64,000 bases of DNA from Desulfatiglandales bacterium. GTDB taxonomy: Bacteria > Desulfobacterota > DSM-4660 > Desulfatiglandales > HGW-15. Within the stretch, counting starts at the first letter, position 1, and each line of letters opens with the position of its first letter. The DNA lies in NCBI GenBank assembly GCA_963667015.2, contig CAXXJJ010000001.1, positions 1,728,001-1,792,000 on the forward strand, in the 5' to 3' direction. A program made the translations under genes and the position numbers. Below the pieces are notes generated by a model. It was not told where the DNA came from. It did no database searches and saw nothing but the letters and a program-made list of their open reading frames with translations. Below are positions 33,155-42,557 of this stretch, piece by piece.

Positions 33155-34468
33155 TTGATAGGCAATATACAAAATATTCCTAAAATTCCAGAGCTGAAAA
33201 AAAGGCTGATATTTACACTGTTGATGCTTCTAGTCTATAGAATTGGCTGTAATATACCTGTGCCTGGCATTAATGGAGAGGCACTGACTGAAGTTTTTGA
33301 TTCCATGCAGGGCGGACTTCTCGGGATGTATGACATGTTTTCGGGTGGCGCATTAAAGAGTATGTCTATAATGGCCCTTGGGATTATGCCTTATATAACG
33401 TCTTCTATTATTTTACAGCTTCTTGGTGTTGTTATTCCTCATCTTGAAAAACTGAAAAAAGAAGGTGAGCAGGGAAGAAAAAAAATAACCCAGTATACCC
33501 GTTATGGTACGATAATTTTAAGCGTTATACAGGGAATAGGGATTGCTATCAGCTTTCAGAGAATGTCCAGTCCAAGCGGAGCAATGATCGTTACTGACGG
33601 TGGTTGGGGTTTCACGATTCTTACTGTGATAACGCTTACTGCCGGCACATCCTTTCTTATGTGGCTTGGAGAACAGATTACCGAAAGGGGAATAGGCAAC
33701 GGCATTTCTCTTATAATTTTTTCAGGAATTGTTGCCGGTTTCTGGCCTGCAATTGGACAGGTTCTTCGTCTCATTGAAATTGGAGAGATAACACCCTTCT
33801 TTATGGTTATTATTATAATCGTAATGATTGCGGTAATTGGTTTCGTAGTTTTTATGGAACGCGGACAGCGACGAATACCTGTACAATATGCAAAAAGAGT
33901 CGTAGGAAGGCGCATGTATGGTGGGCAGAGCACACATTTACCACTAAAAATAAATGCTGCCGGGGTTATACCGCCTATTTTTGCTTCTTCGATACTCATG
34001 TTTCCATTAACGATAAAGAATTTTGTTGATTTAAGTGATGTTGCATGGTTTGAGACTATTTTAAATGCACTTAATACGGGTACGATTACATACAATCTGG
34101 TTTATATAATCCTTATTATATTTTTCTGTTATTTTTATACCGCGGTTAATTATAATCCAATGGATATCGCAGATAATATGAAGAAGCAGGGGGGATTTAT
34201 ACCGGGGATAAGGCCGGGTAAGAATACTGCAGAATATATTGACAGGGTTATGACACGGTTAACATTCAGCGGTGCAATATATATTGCATTAGTATGTATA
34301 CTTCCACAAATACTCACATATAAGGCTAATATCCCTTACTACTTTGGTGGTACTTCATTGTTGATTGTAGTTGGTGTTGGCATGGATACAGCTAATCAGA
34401 TTGAGTCACATATGATGATGAGACATTATGAAGGTTTCATGAAAAAAGGAATCGGTAAACACAGATAA
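33155..34468 (+). CDS. secY: Preprotein translocase SecY
   Basis: LGIMPYIT, GIGNGISL, GVIPPIFASS, IPGIRPG, GGTSLLI; TTG start. Confidence 0.99.
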   Translation: MIGNIQNIPKIPELKKRLIFTLLMLLVYRIGCNIPVPGINGEALTEVFDSMQGGLLGMYDMFSGGALKSMSIMALGIMPYITSSIILQLLGVVIPHLEKLKKEGEQGRKKITQYTRYGTIILSVIQGIGIAISFQRMSSPSGAMIVTDGGWGFTILTVITLTAGTSFLMWLGEQITERGIGNGISLIIFSGIVAGFWPAIGQVLRLIEIGEITPFFMVIIIIVMIAVIGFVVFMERGQRRIPVQYAKRVVGRRMYGGQSTHLPLKINAAGVIPPIFASSILMFPLTIKNFVDLSDVAWFETILNALNTGTITYNLVYIILIIFFCYFYTAVNYNPMDIADNMKKQGGFIPGIRPGKNTAEYIDRVMTRLTFSGAIYIALVCILPQILTYKANIPYYFGGTSLLIVVGVGMDTANQIESHMMMRHYEGFMKKGIGKHR

Positions 34469-34499
34469 ATAGCAGTAAAAATCAGGAGAATTATTTGTC

Positions 34500-34613
34500 A
34501 TGAAAGTTAGAGCATCAGTAAAAAAAATGTGTAACAAATGTAAAGTTATTAAGAGAAAAGGTATTTTACGAGTTATCTGTGAGAATCCCCGACATAAACA
34601 GAGACAGGGCTAG
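34500..34613 (+). CDS. rpmJ: 50S ribosomal protein L36
   Basis: Read manually: [37 protein letters not shown]. Confidence 0.96.
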   Translation: MKVRASVKKMCNKCKVIKRKGILRVICENPRHKQRQG

Positions 34614-34667
34614 ACTTGTCACAGTTATAATATCGTTTAATTCATATTATTAACAAGGAGAAAGAAT

Positions 34668-35039
34668 TTGGCCAGAATCGCAGGCGTTGACTTACCGAAA
34701 AATAAAAGAATAGAGATTGCCTTAACTTATATATACGGCATAGGGCGGACAGCTTCTCAAAAAATACTGACTGAAAGCGGTATAGACTGGGATACAAAAT
34801 CTGATGATCTTACTGAAAATCAGATAAGCGATATAAGAAGCGTTATTGACGAGAAATATAAAGTTGAAGGTGACCTTAGAAGAGAAGTCTCCATGAATAT
34901 AAAGAGATTAATGGATCTTGGTTTATATCGTGGAATCAGACACAGGAGAGGTTTACCGGTAAGAGGCCAAAGAACAAGCACAAATGCAAGAACTCGTAAG
35001 GGGCCCAGTCGTTCAGTAATGGGAAAAAGGAAAAAATAA
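34668..35039 (+). CDS. rpsM: 30S ribosomal protein S13
   Basis: [21 protein letters not shown] start. Confidence 0.98.
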   Translation: MARIAGVDLPKNKRIEIALTYIYGIGRTASQKILTESGIDWDTKSDDLTENQISDIRSVIDEKYKVEGDLRREVSMNIKRLMDLGLYRGIRHRRGLPVRGQRTSTNARTRKGPSRSVMGKRKK

Positions 35040-35057
35040 GGAGCTTGGTATAATACT

Positions 35058-35453
35058 ATGGCAAAACGCGTTAAAAAAGGAAAAAAGACCAAAAAAGAGA
35101 AGAAAATAGTACCAAATGGTATTGTACATATTAACTCTACTTTTAATAATACAATTATCACTATTACTGATAATGACGGAAATGTAATAGCCGCATCGAG
35201 CGCAGGAAGGCATGGATTTAAGGGTTCTAAAAAGAGCACCCCATATGCTGCTCAAATGGCTGCTCAGGGTGCATTGAAAGATGCAATGGAGCAGGGATTG
35301 AAAACTGCTGAAGTAAGGGTAAAAGGCCCCGGTGTTGGGAGGGAAGCCGCTTTAAGAGCTTTGCAGGTTGAAGGGTTTACAGTTAGCATCATTAGAGATG
35401 TTACGCCGATACCTCACAATGGGTGTCGCCCTCCAAAAAGAAGAAGAGTATAA
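35058..35453 (+). CDS. rpsK: 30S ribosomal protein S11
   Basis: [19 protein letters not shown]. Confidence 0.98.
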   Translation: MAKRVKKGKKTKKEKKIVPNGIVHINSTFNNTIITITDNDGNVIAASSAGRHGFKGSKKSTPYAAQMAAQGALKDAMEQGLKTAEVRVKGPGVGREAALRALQVEGFTVSIIRDVTPIPHNGCRPPKRRRV

Positions 35454-35588
35454 AACTGAATCATTTATCACTAAAAATTGTTGTGTCACAACAATTTGAT
35501 ATTGTAAAAAAAGCTAATCAAATTAGATATGCTTAAATGATAAATGATATATAAAATTGTAATATTTTGATTAATTAGGAGGCTAGGA

Positions 35589-36218
35589 TTGGCCAGATAT
35601 ACAGGTTCATCATGTAGGTTATGCAGAAGAGAGAATATAAAACTCTTTCTCAAAGGAGATCGCTGTTACGGTGATAAATGTGCCTTCGAAAGGAGACCAT
35701 ATGCTCCGGGTCAGCATGGCCAGAGACGTGGCGGTAAAGTTTCTGATTATCAACTGCAGTTGAGAGAAAAACAGAAAGTTAAAAGAATATATGGTGTGCT
35801 GGAAAAGCAGTTCAGGAAATACTATTACCACGCTGAAAAGCAGAAAGGTATTACCGGTACAAACCTGTTGCTATTTCTTGAGTGCAGACTTGATAATATC
35901 GTCTTTAGAATGGGATTTGCTTCTTCAAGAAATCAGGCAAGACAGCTTGTAAGGCAGAACCATTTCGAGGTGAACGGTAGAAAGGTAAATATTCCTTCTT
36001 TTCAGGTTTCTCCGGGAGACTATATAGAAGTGAAAGAAAAAAGCAGAAAATCAAAGGTTATCAATGATTCCCTTGAGACTGTTGTGCGACGGGGGATTCC
36101 TGCCTGGATTGATCTGGATAAAGATAAATACCGCGGCACCCTGACGGCCATTCCCAACAGGGAAGACCTGACTATGCCTATGCAGGAACAGCTTATAGTT
36201 GAGTTGTACTCCAAATAG
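35589..36218 (+). CDS. rpsD: 30S ribosomal protein S4 (Zn-binding type)
   Basis: CRLCRRE...RC...[19 protein letters not shown] start. Confidence 0.98.
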   Translation: MARYTGSSCRLCRRENIKLFLKGDRCYGDKCAFERRPYAPGQHGQRRGGKVSDYQLQLREKQKVKRIYGVLEKQFRKYYYHAEKQKGITGTNLLLFLECRLDNIVFRMGFASSRNQARQLVRQNHFEVNGRKVNIPSFQVSPGDYIEVKEKSRKSKVINDSLETVVRRGIPAWIDLDKDKYRGTLTAIPNREDLTMPMQEQLIVELYSK

Positions 36219-36273
36219 GAATTGATTTTAAAATAAATCTAAAATCTCATGGATCATAGTGGAGGTACTTTTT

Positions 36274-37305
36274 TTGGGAGATATTAAAGCAAGAAACTGG
36301 CGGGAATTGATTAGACCGAAAAGCATAGTGATGGAAGACGAAAACCATACATCTTTTTATGGTAAATTTGTATGTGAACCCCTTGAAAGAGGATTCGGTA
36401 TAACTATCGGTAACTCTTTAAGGCGTATTTTGCTTTCATCATTGCAGGGCGCAGCAATAGTTTCTGTTAAGTTTGATAATGTTGTTCATGAATTTTCATC
36501 TATACCTGGTGTAATGGAAGATGTTACAGAAATTATTCTGAACCTAAAGGAATTGAACCTAAAACTAATAGACGTAGAAGAAGCAGTATTGACATTGTCT
36601 GTGGATGGTGAGGGAATTGTAACTGCCGGAGATATTGAACCCAACGAATCTGTAGAGATTCTGGATCCCAACAAGCCGATTGCCACATTGAGTAAAAAAG
36701 GAAAACTCAATATGGAAATGGTTGTAAAAATGGGAAAGGGATATGTACCTGCTGAGAAAGATTCCAATGCCAGCAATGATATCGGAAATATTCTTATTGA
36801 TGCAAGTTTTTCGCCTATTAAAAAAGTAAATTATATTGTAACAAATGCCAGGGTTGGACAAAAGACTGATTACGATAAGCTGACGCTGGAAATATTTACT
36901 GATGGGAGTGTGTTGCCTGAAGATGCAATAGCCTTTGCTGCAAAAATACTTAAGGAGCAGATGACTCCATTTATTAATTTTGAAGAAGAGACGGAACCTG
37001 ACGAGGTTGAAGAAGAGGAAGAGGGCGATAGACTTAATGAAAATCTCTTCAGACCAGTGTCTGAGCTTGAATTATCCGTCAGATCTGCAAATTGTCTTAA
37101 AAACGCCGAGATTACAATGATTGGTGAATTGGTACAAAAGACTGAAGGTGAAATGTTGAAGACCAAAAATTTCGGCAGAAAATCGCTCAATGAGATAAAG
37201 ACTATTCTTACAGAAATGGGATTATCACTTGGAATGAAGATTGATAAATTTCCATCTGTACCATCTGATGATATTGACGATGAAGAAGAAAGTGAAAAGG
37301 AATAA
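36274..37305 (+). CDS. rpoA: RNA polymerase alpha subunit
   Basis: [25 protein letters not shown]; probable TTG start at 36274 after GGAGG (ORF track gives GTG 36259). Confidence 0.98.
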   Translation: MGDIKARNWRELIRPKSIVMEDENHTSFYGKFVCEPLERGFGITIGNSLRRILLSSLQGAAIVSVKFDNVVHEFSSIPGVMEDVTEIILNLKELNLKLIDVEEAVLTLSVDGEGIVTAGDIEPNESVEILDPNKPIATLSKKGKLNMEMVVKMGKGYVPAEKDSNASNDIGNILIDASFSPIKKVNYIVTNARVGQKTDYDKLTLEIFTDGSVLPEDAIAFAAKILKEQMTPFINFEEETEPDEVEEEEEGDRLNENLFRPVSELELSVRSANCLKNAEITMIGELVQKTEGEMLKTKNFGRKSLNEIKTILTEMGLSLGMKIDKFPSVPSDDIDDEEESEKE

Positions 37306-37310
37306 TTAAA

Positions 37311-37745
37311 ATGAGGCATCAAAAAACAGGAAGAAAACTCGGACGTAATTCCAGCCATAGAAAAGCAATGTATAAAAATATGGTTACATCTCTTTTTAAA
37401 CATGGGCAATTGGAGACAACGGACGCTAAAGCTAAAGAATTAAAGCCTATTGCTGAAAAACTCATTACTCTGGCTAAAAAAGGAGACTTACATTCAAGAA
37501 GGCTTGCAATATCCTATATGAATGAAAAGACTGTGGCTCACAAACTTTTTGATGATATCAAAAATGGTTACTTAAACAGACAGGGCGGGTATCTCAGGGT
37601 ATTAAAGAATGGGTTTAGACGTGGTGATGGTGCGGCGGTGTCGATAGTTCAGCTTCTGCCAACTGAAGTAGCTGCAAAAAAGGCAGGCAAAAAGAATAAA
37701 ACTGCTGAAACAAAAAGTGATGCTGAAAACAAGGCCGCTGATTAG
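37311..37745 (+). CDS. rplQ: 50S ribosomal protein L17
   Basis: MRHQKTGRKLGRNSSHRKAM, RRGDGA. Confidence 0.98.
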   Translation: MRHQKTGRKLGRNSSHRKAMYKNMVTSLFKHGQLETTDAKAKELKPIAEKLITLAKKGDLHSRRLAISYMNEKTVAHKLFDDIKNGYLNRQGGYLRVLKNGFRRGDGAAVSIVQLLPTEVAAKKAGKKNKTAETKSDAENKAAD

Positions 37746-37815
37746 CCAATAATCTATTGAAGGATAACTCTAAAGTAGTTAAGGAAATTTAAATAATATT
37801 TTAATGTTTGAGTTC

Positions 37816-37844
37816 TTGATTAATTTTTAGTACTTTGCTACTAT
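37816..37844 (+). promoter_or_regulatory. Putative sigma-70 promoter for pyr leader/pyrBC
   Basis: TTGATT-17 nt-TACTAT with extended -10 TG. Confidence 0.5.
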
Positions 37845-37872
37845 TAATCAATTATTTAAACATTATACTAAA

Positions 37873-37962
37873 ATGAAATATGACAAAATTTATTGTCCAA
37901 ATTTGGTTAAAAACCTCCTTACCGGTCATACGGTAAGGAGGTTTTTTTTGACGGGGGTATAA
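37873..37962 (+). CDS. Putative pyrL-like leader peptide (29 aa)
   Basis: MKYDKIYCPNLVKNLLTGHTVRRFFLTGV reads through the terminator and stops immediately before the pyrB TTG; no SD visible. Confidence 0.4.
   Translation: MKYDKIYCPNLVKNLLTGHTVRRFFLTGV
37909..37949 (+). terminator. Intrinsic terminator/attenuator upstream of pyrB
   Basis: AAAAACCTCCTTACCG-GTCATA-CGGTAAGGAGG followed by T8. Confidence 0.85.
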
Positions 37963-38907
37963 TTGGGAATATTCAATCATAAAGATCTGTTAGGAATGGG
38001 GCAGCTATCCGTTGATGATATAAACCTTATTCTCCGGACAGCGGAATCATTAAAAGAGATATCTCAGCGGGATATTAAAAAAGTTCCTACTTTAAGGGGC
38101 AAAACAATTGTTCATTTCTTCCATGAACCCAGCACAAGGACAAAAACTTCCTTTGAGATCGCTTCCAAAAGACTTAGTGCTGATACTGTTAGTCTTTCAT
38201 CCTCAGGAAGCAGTATGGTCAAAGGTGAAACCCTTATTGATACTGCTCAAAACCTACAGGCTATGAATCCTGATATTATCGTACTGAGGCACTCGTCAAG
38301 CGGGGCTCCTCACCTTCTTGCTGGCAGGATATCCGCTTCAATTATTAACGCAGGTGACGGAGCAAACGAGCATCCATCTCAGGCCCTGCTTGACATGTTT
38401 ACCATTAAAGAAAAGAAAGGCCGTATTGAAGGGCTTAAAGTGGCAATAATTGGCGATATCGAACACAGTCGGGTAGCCAGATCAAATATTATCGGGCTAA
38501 AAAAAATGGGAGCAGAAGTAACAATATCGGGACCACCTACAATGATTCCTCATAATGTCGAATCATTTGGTGTCGAGGTTGTTAACAATCCTGCAGAGGC
38601 TATCATTGATAAAGATGTGATTATGGTATTGAGAATACAGCTAGAAAGGCAAAGTAAAACACTTTTCCCAAGTTTGAAGGAATATTCAAACTTTTTCGGG
38701 ATTAATGAAAAATCTCTGAATAAGATAAAGGAAGGGGCAATAATTATGCATCCCGGTCCAGTTAACCGGGGGGTTGAACTTTCATCAAAGGTGGTTGACA
38801 GTCCATATTCTGTTATTCTAAACCAGGTTTCAAACGGAGTCGCAGTTAGGATGGCTCTACTCTATTTATTGATTGGAGGGGCACGCAATGAAGACATTGC
38901 TAATTAA
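37963..38907 (+). CDS. pyrB: Aspartate carbamoyltransferase catalytic subunit
   Basis: [28 protein letters not shown] start. Confidence 0.97.
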   Translation: MGIFNHKDLLGMGQLSVDDINLILRTAESLKEISQRDIKKVPTLRGKTIVHFFHEPSTRTKTSFEIASKRLSADTVSLSSSGSSMVKGETLIDTAQNLQAMNPDIIVLRHSSSGAPHLLAGRISASIINAGDGANEHPSQALLDMFTIKEKKGRIEGLKVAIIGDIEHSRVARSNIIGLKKMGAEVTISGPPTMIPHNVESFGVEVVNNPAEAIIDKDVIMVLRIQLERQSKTLFPSLKEYSNFFGINEKSLNKIKEGAIIMHPGPVNRGVELSSKVVDSPYSVILNQVSNGVAVRMALLYLLIGGARNEDIAN

Positions 38908-40186
38908 TGGTGACCTGATCAATACTAAAAAAAGTATTGTAGAAGAAAAGGATATCCTGGTTGATGATAATCTGATAGCCGGGATTTTTCCCAGAGGGCA
39001 GTTCAATGAAAGTGATGTCCGGCGTATCGATATAGCAGGGAAAGTAGTGAGCCCGGGACTAATCGACATGCATGTACATCTCAGGGAACCAGGCGAAGAA
39101 TATAAGGAGACAATTGAATCAGGATGTCTGGCTGGGGCCGCAGGCGGATTTACTGGAATAGCGTGTATGCCTAACACAGAACCTGCTAACGATAACGCCT
39201 CTATAACCGAATTTATATTAGGCCAGGCACGAAAAAAAGGTATTATCAGGGTATATCCGATTGCAGCAATTACAATGGGTAGGAATGGCAATTATCTTAC
39301 CGAATTTGGTGAACTTAAAAAGGCTGGCGCAGTCGGGATATCTGATGACGGCTCACCGGTTAAAAACAGTGAGATAATGAGACGAGCCCTTGAATATGCT
39401 AGATATCATAATCTTACCGTAATTTCCCATTGTGAGGATACAGACCTTTCCAATGGCGGCAATATGAATGAAGGAAATATTTCTGCAAAAATGGGTTTAA
39501 AGGGGATTCCCTCTGCCAGCGAAGAGATAATGATAAAAAGAGATATTTCTCTGGCAGAGTTTACCGGGTGTCCTGTTCATATTGCACATGTAAGTACAGC
39601 CGGAAGTGTTGATGCCATAAGAAGAGCAAAGGAGAAGGGAATACCTGTCACAGCTGAAACAGCGCCCCATTATTTCACACTGGATCAATCTGCTGTTGAG
39701 GGCTATAATACAAATGCAAAAATGAATCCGCCTTTAAGAACAAAATTTGATATTGATGAAATAAAAAAAGGGTTGGCAGATGGTGTAATCGATGTTATCG
39801 CAACCGATCATGCTCCGCACCATGCGCTTGTAAAGGATGTCGAGTTTGATCATGCAGCATTTGGAATTATAGGGCTTGAGACCGCGCTTCCACTTACTCT
39901 AAATCTTGTACGGGAAGGGGTGTTGAGCCTTCCGGAAGCAATAAATAAACTTTCATTGCAGGCGGCCATGATTCTGGGAATAGAGGGAGGCATAATCAAG
40001 GAAGGTGCAAGGGCGGATTTGTCAATAATCGATCCTGAGGAAGAATACATATTAAACGAAGAAGATATCCTGTCAAAAAGCAAAAACAGCCCGTTTATCG
40101 GTAAGACATTAAAGGGGAGAAATATCTTTACTATGGTTGAGGGGAAAATTGTCTGGTCAAGAGACAGCAAATATTCTTGTAGTTGA
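38888..40186 (+). CDS. pyrC: Dihydroorotase
   Basis: [27 protein letters not shown] at 38888 after GGAGG. Confidence 0.96.
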   Translation: MKTLLINGDLINTKKSIVEEKDILVDDNLIAGIFPRGQFNESDVRRIDIAGKVVSPGLIDMHVHLREPGEEYKETIESGCLAGAAGGFTGIACMPNTEPANDNASITEFILGQARKKGIIRVYPIAAITMGRNGNYLTEFGELKKAGAVGISDDGSPVKNSEIMRRALEYARYHNLTVISHCEDTDLSNGGNMNEGNISAKMGLKGIPSASEEIMIKRDISLAEFTGCPVHIAHVSTAGSVDAIRRAKEKGIPVTAETAPHYFTLDQSAVEGYNTNAKMNPPLRTKFDIDEIKKGLADGVIDVIATDHAPHHALVKDVEFDHAAFGIIGLETALPLTLNLVREGVLSLPEAINKLSLQAAMILGIEGGIIKEGARADLSIIDPEEEYILNEEDILSKSKNSPFIGKTLKGRNIFTMVEGKIVWSRDSKYSCS

Positions 40187-41540
40187 TGATGACAGGAGCA
40201 TGAGGGAATTCCTTGAAATTCTTCTAACCGGAGAAGGGTATAATGTTACACTGGCTGACAGCGGAGAGTCTGGTTGTGATGCTCTTAGGAAAAACCCTTT
40301 TGACCTAGTTGTTACAGATATCCGTATGAAGGGGATAAATGGTCTGGATGTGCTAAGGAAGGCCAAGGAAGTAAACCCTGATACGATGGTGGTGATGATA
40401 TCGGCCTTTGCAACTGCGGATACTGCGGTCGAGGCTATGAAGGAAGGCGCCTATGATTATATCCCCAAACCCTTTAAAGTAAGAGAATTTAAAAAGATTG
40501 TTAAGGATACCCTCGGATCAAGAAAAATAAATACCTCTGAAAAAACTGCTGAGAATTCAAATCGTCCTTATATACATCATTTTGACTGTATTATAGGTGA
40601 AAGCCCGCAGATGAAAAAGGTTTATGATCTGATTGAGAGGGTAGCTGAAACAAAAAGTAATATCCTGATAACAGGCGAAAGCGGCACAGGAAAAGAGCTC
40701 GCTGCAAGGGCAATACATTATCAAAGTCCCAGAAAAGACAGGCCTTTTGTCGTTATTAACTGCGCGGGTATACCGGAAAATCTGATCGAAAGTGAGTTAT
40801 TTGGTTATAAAAAGGGTGCCTTTACGGGAGCGGTAGGTGATAAGGCTGGTTTATTTGAAGTCGCCCAGGGGGGTACTGTATTCCTTGATGAAGTGGGAGA
40901 ACTGACTCCGGCAATACAGGTCAAGTTGCTAAGGGTTATACAGGAAAGAACTTTCACTGCAGTCGGTGGTACAGAAGAAAAAAGAGTGGATGTCCGTTTT
41001 ATATCCGCTACAAATAAAACCCTTGAAAAAGAAGTAGTTGAAAACCGTTTCAGGGAGGACCTGTTTTTCAGGCTGAATGTAATCCAGATAGTAATGCCTC
41101 CTTTAAGGAAAAGAGAGGGTGATCTTGACCTCCTGTGCCGGTTTTTTCTTGAGAAATATTCAAATGAACTGGGAAAGGATGTAAAAAAGATATCCGCATA
41201 TGGAATGGATCTTTTAAGAAATTATAGTTTCCCGGGTAATGTCAGGGAACTTGAAAATATAATCGAAAGAAGTGTTGCCCTTGAAGCCTCAAATATTGTA
41301 CTTCCGGAGAGTCTTACACTTTCCTACTTCCATCGAGACGCTAATAATATTCCTCAGCAAAGAAGACAGACAGATTTGACCTCAGAAGGCGTTGACCTCA
41401 ATTCCGTCATGGCCGAGATAGAGAAAGATTATCTTCTAAAGGCACTGGAATTATCCAGAGGATCAAAACAAAAAGCTGGGGAACTTCTTGGCCTGACACT
41501 GGATTCAATAAAGTATCGTCTCAAAAAACTCAATATTTAA
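40149..41540 (+). CDS. Sigma-54-dependent response regulator, PilR-like (REC-AAA+-HTH)
   Basis: VVDDD/TDIRM receiver, GESGTGKE, GAFTGA, FLDEVGE, FPGNVRELEN; directly upstream of pilin; probable TTG start at 40149 after GAGGGG. Confidence 0.9.
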   Translation: MSGQETANILVVDDDRSMREFLEILLTGEGYNVTLADSGESGCDALRKNPFDLVVTDIRMKGINGLDVLRKAKEVNPDTMVVMISAFATADTAVEAMKEGAYDYIPKPFKVREFKKIVKDTLGSRKINTSEKTAENSNRPYIHHFDCIIGESPQMKKVYDLIERVAETKSNILITGESGTGKELAARAIHYQSPRKDRPFVVINCAGIPENLIESELFGYKKGAFTGAVGDKAGLFEVAQGGTVFLDEVGELTPAIQVKLLRVIQERTFTAVGGTEEKRVDVRFISATNKTLEKEVVENRFREDLFFRLNVIQIVMPPLRKREGDLDLLCRFFLEKYSNELGKDVKKISAYGMDLLRNYSFPGNVRELENIIERSVALEASNIVLPESLTLSYFHRDANNIPQQRRQTDLTSEGVDLNSVMAEIEKDYLLKALELSRGSKQKAGELLGLTLDSIKYRLKKLNI

Positions 41541-41616
41541 CATAATGTAGTGTAACATTTCATCATGCTCCGAATGGTTGGCAAATTCAGCATCTTTTTG
41601 TAACAATCATGATTCA

Positions 41617-41686
41617 CGTCATTTCACGGCTTGACCGTGGAATCCAGTACTCCCTGTCGTCATTCCCGTGCAGACGGGAATCCAGT
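41617..41686 (+). repeat. Two tandem CGTC-tagged REP-like palindromes
   Basis: CGTCATTTCACGGCTTGACCGTGGAATCCAGT and CGTCATTCCCGTGCAGACGGGAATCCAGT; a degenerate third unit at about 41561-41595. Confidence 0.75.
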
Positions 41687-41732
41687 TTTTAAAATAAGTC
41701 ATACTTACTATCAAATGATATTTGTGTGACAA

Positions 41733-41766
41733 GGTGAAATTCCCACATATAAGGGTGAAAATCACC
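41733..41766 (+). promoter_or_regulatory. Putative upstream activator sites for the PilR-like protein
   Basis: GGTGAAATTCCCA and GGTGAAAATCACC, 21 bp apart, about 120-150 bp upstream of the sigma-54 site. Confidence 0.45.
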
Positions 41767-41883
41767 TGTATATGTCTATATGAGCTGTTTTTTTGACACT
41801 ATGTCTTAGCATGGTATATTTATAATTTTTATAACCTATTGAAAATTAAGTGATTATAGAAAAAAATCGAAATATTGTTACTG

Positions 41884-41898
41884 TGGCATATTATTTGT
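41884..41898 (+). promoter_or_regulatory. Sigma-54 (-24/-12) promoter of pilin gene
   Basis: TGGCAT-ATTAT-TTGT (GG-N10-GT variant); IHF-like site at about 41831-41844. Confidence 0.6.
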
Positions 41899-42032
41899 AT
41901 ATAGTTCAGTATGAAATTAATTGGCAACAATTAACATATTGTTTTGGCGAAATCTTGAAAGGAGGTGAATCTCCGAAGATTTCAGGGTTTTTATTGATCA
42001 TGATCAAACTTTTTAAATTTTGGAGGAAAATT

Positions 42033-42413
42033 ATGTTTATGAAAAAAGATGAAAAAGGTTTTACACTTATTGAGTTGATGATCGTTATTGCGATTATCGG
42101 TATCCTGGCTGCAATAGCTATTCCGCAGTTTAACGCTTACAGGGCGAGGTCATACAATGCTGCGGCTAATACAGATATCAGAAATATGATGACAGCCCAG
42201 GAAGGTTATTTTATTGACGAGGATACATATTCTAATTCTTCTACCGTATTAGCGAGTTATGGTTATTCACAATCAGCCGGTGTAGTGGCTCCTACCATTC
42301 AAAAGAGCGATACTGGATATACAATTACCGGGATGTATAATTCAAAAGCTGATTCAGATAATAGGGTTACATACAGCGTAGTAGGTCCTGGTGGTACTAT
42401 TACCAAATATTAG
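42033..42413 (+). CDS. pilA: Type IVa major pilin (PilA-like), aromatic-rich
   Basis: Class III signal [26 protein letters not shown] with E5 and P22; GGAGG SD; strong terminator downstream. Confidence 0.93.
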   Translation: MFMKKDEKGFTLIELMIVIAIIGILAAIAIPQFNAYRARSYNAAANTDIRNMMTAQEGYFIDEDTYSNSSTVLASYGYSQSAGVVAPTIQKSDTGYTITGMYNSKADSDNRVTYSVVGPGGTITKY

Positions 42414-42435
42414 GAAGAAAAACATTTAATTAATT

Positions 42436-42471
42436 AAAAAGATGATAGAATATTTTCTATCATCTTTTTTT
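42436..42471 (+). terminator. Intrinsic terminator after pilin
   Basis: AAAAAGATGATAGAA-TATT-TTCTATCATCTTTTTTT. Confidence 0.85.
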
Positions 42472-42557
42472 ATAATATAACTCTGCATACCGGAAATATT
42501 ACCAGCTGTTAAATCAAAAAATATTTACATCGATATTTTAGAAGTAGAGACCATAAG

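Noticed and set aside
8099..37409. Many minus-strand ORFs opposite tuf, rpoBC, ribosomal genes and rpoA
   Set aside because: Antisense shadows of conserved genes with no recognisable motifs
41561..41686. Repeats as a CRISPR array
   Set aside because: Only 2-3 non-identical palindromes, no regular spacers and no cas genes
41850..41999. Long N-terminal extension of the pilin ORF from GTG 41850
   Set aside because: Starts upstream of the predicted sigma-54 promoter, has no SD and is unlike a type IVa leader
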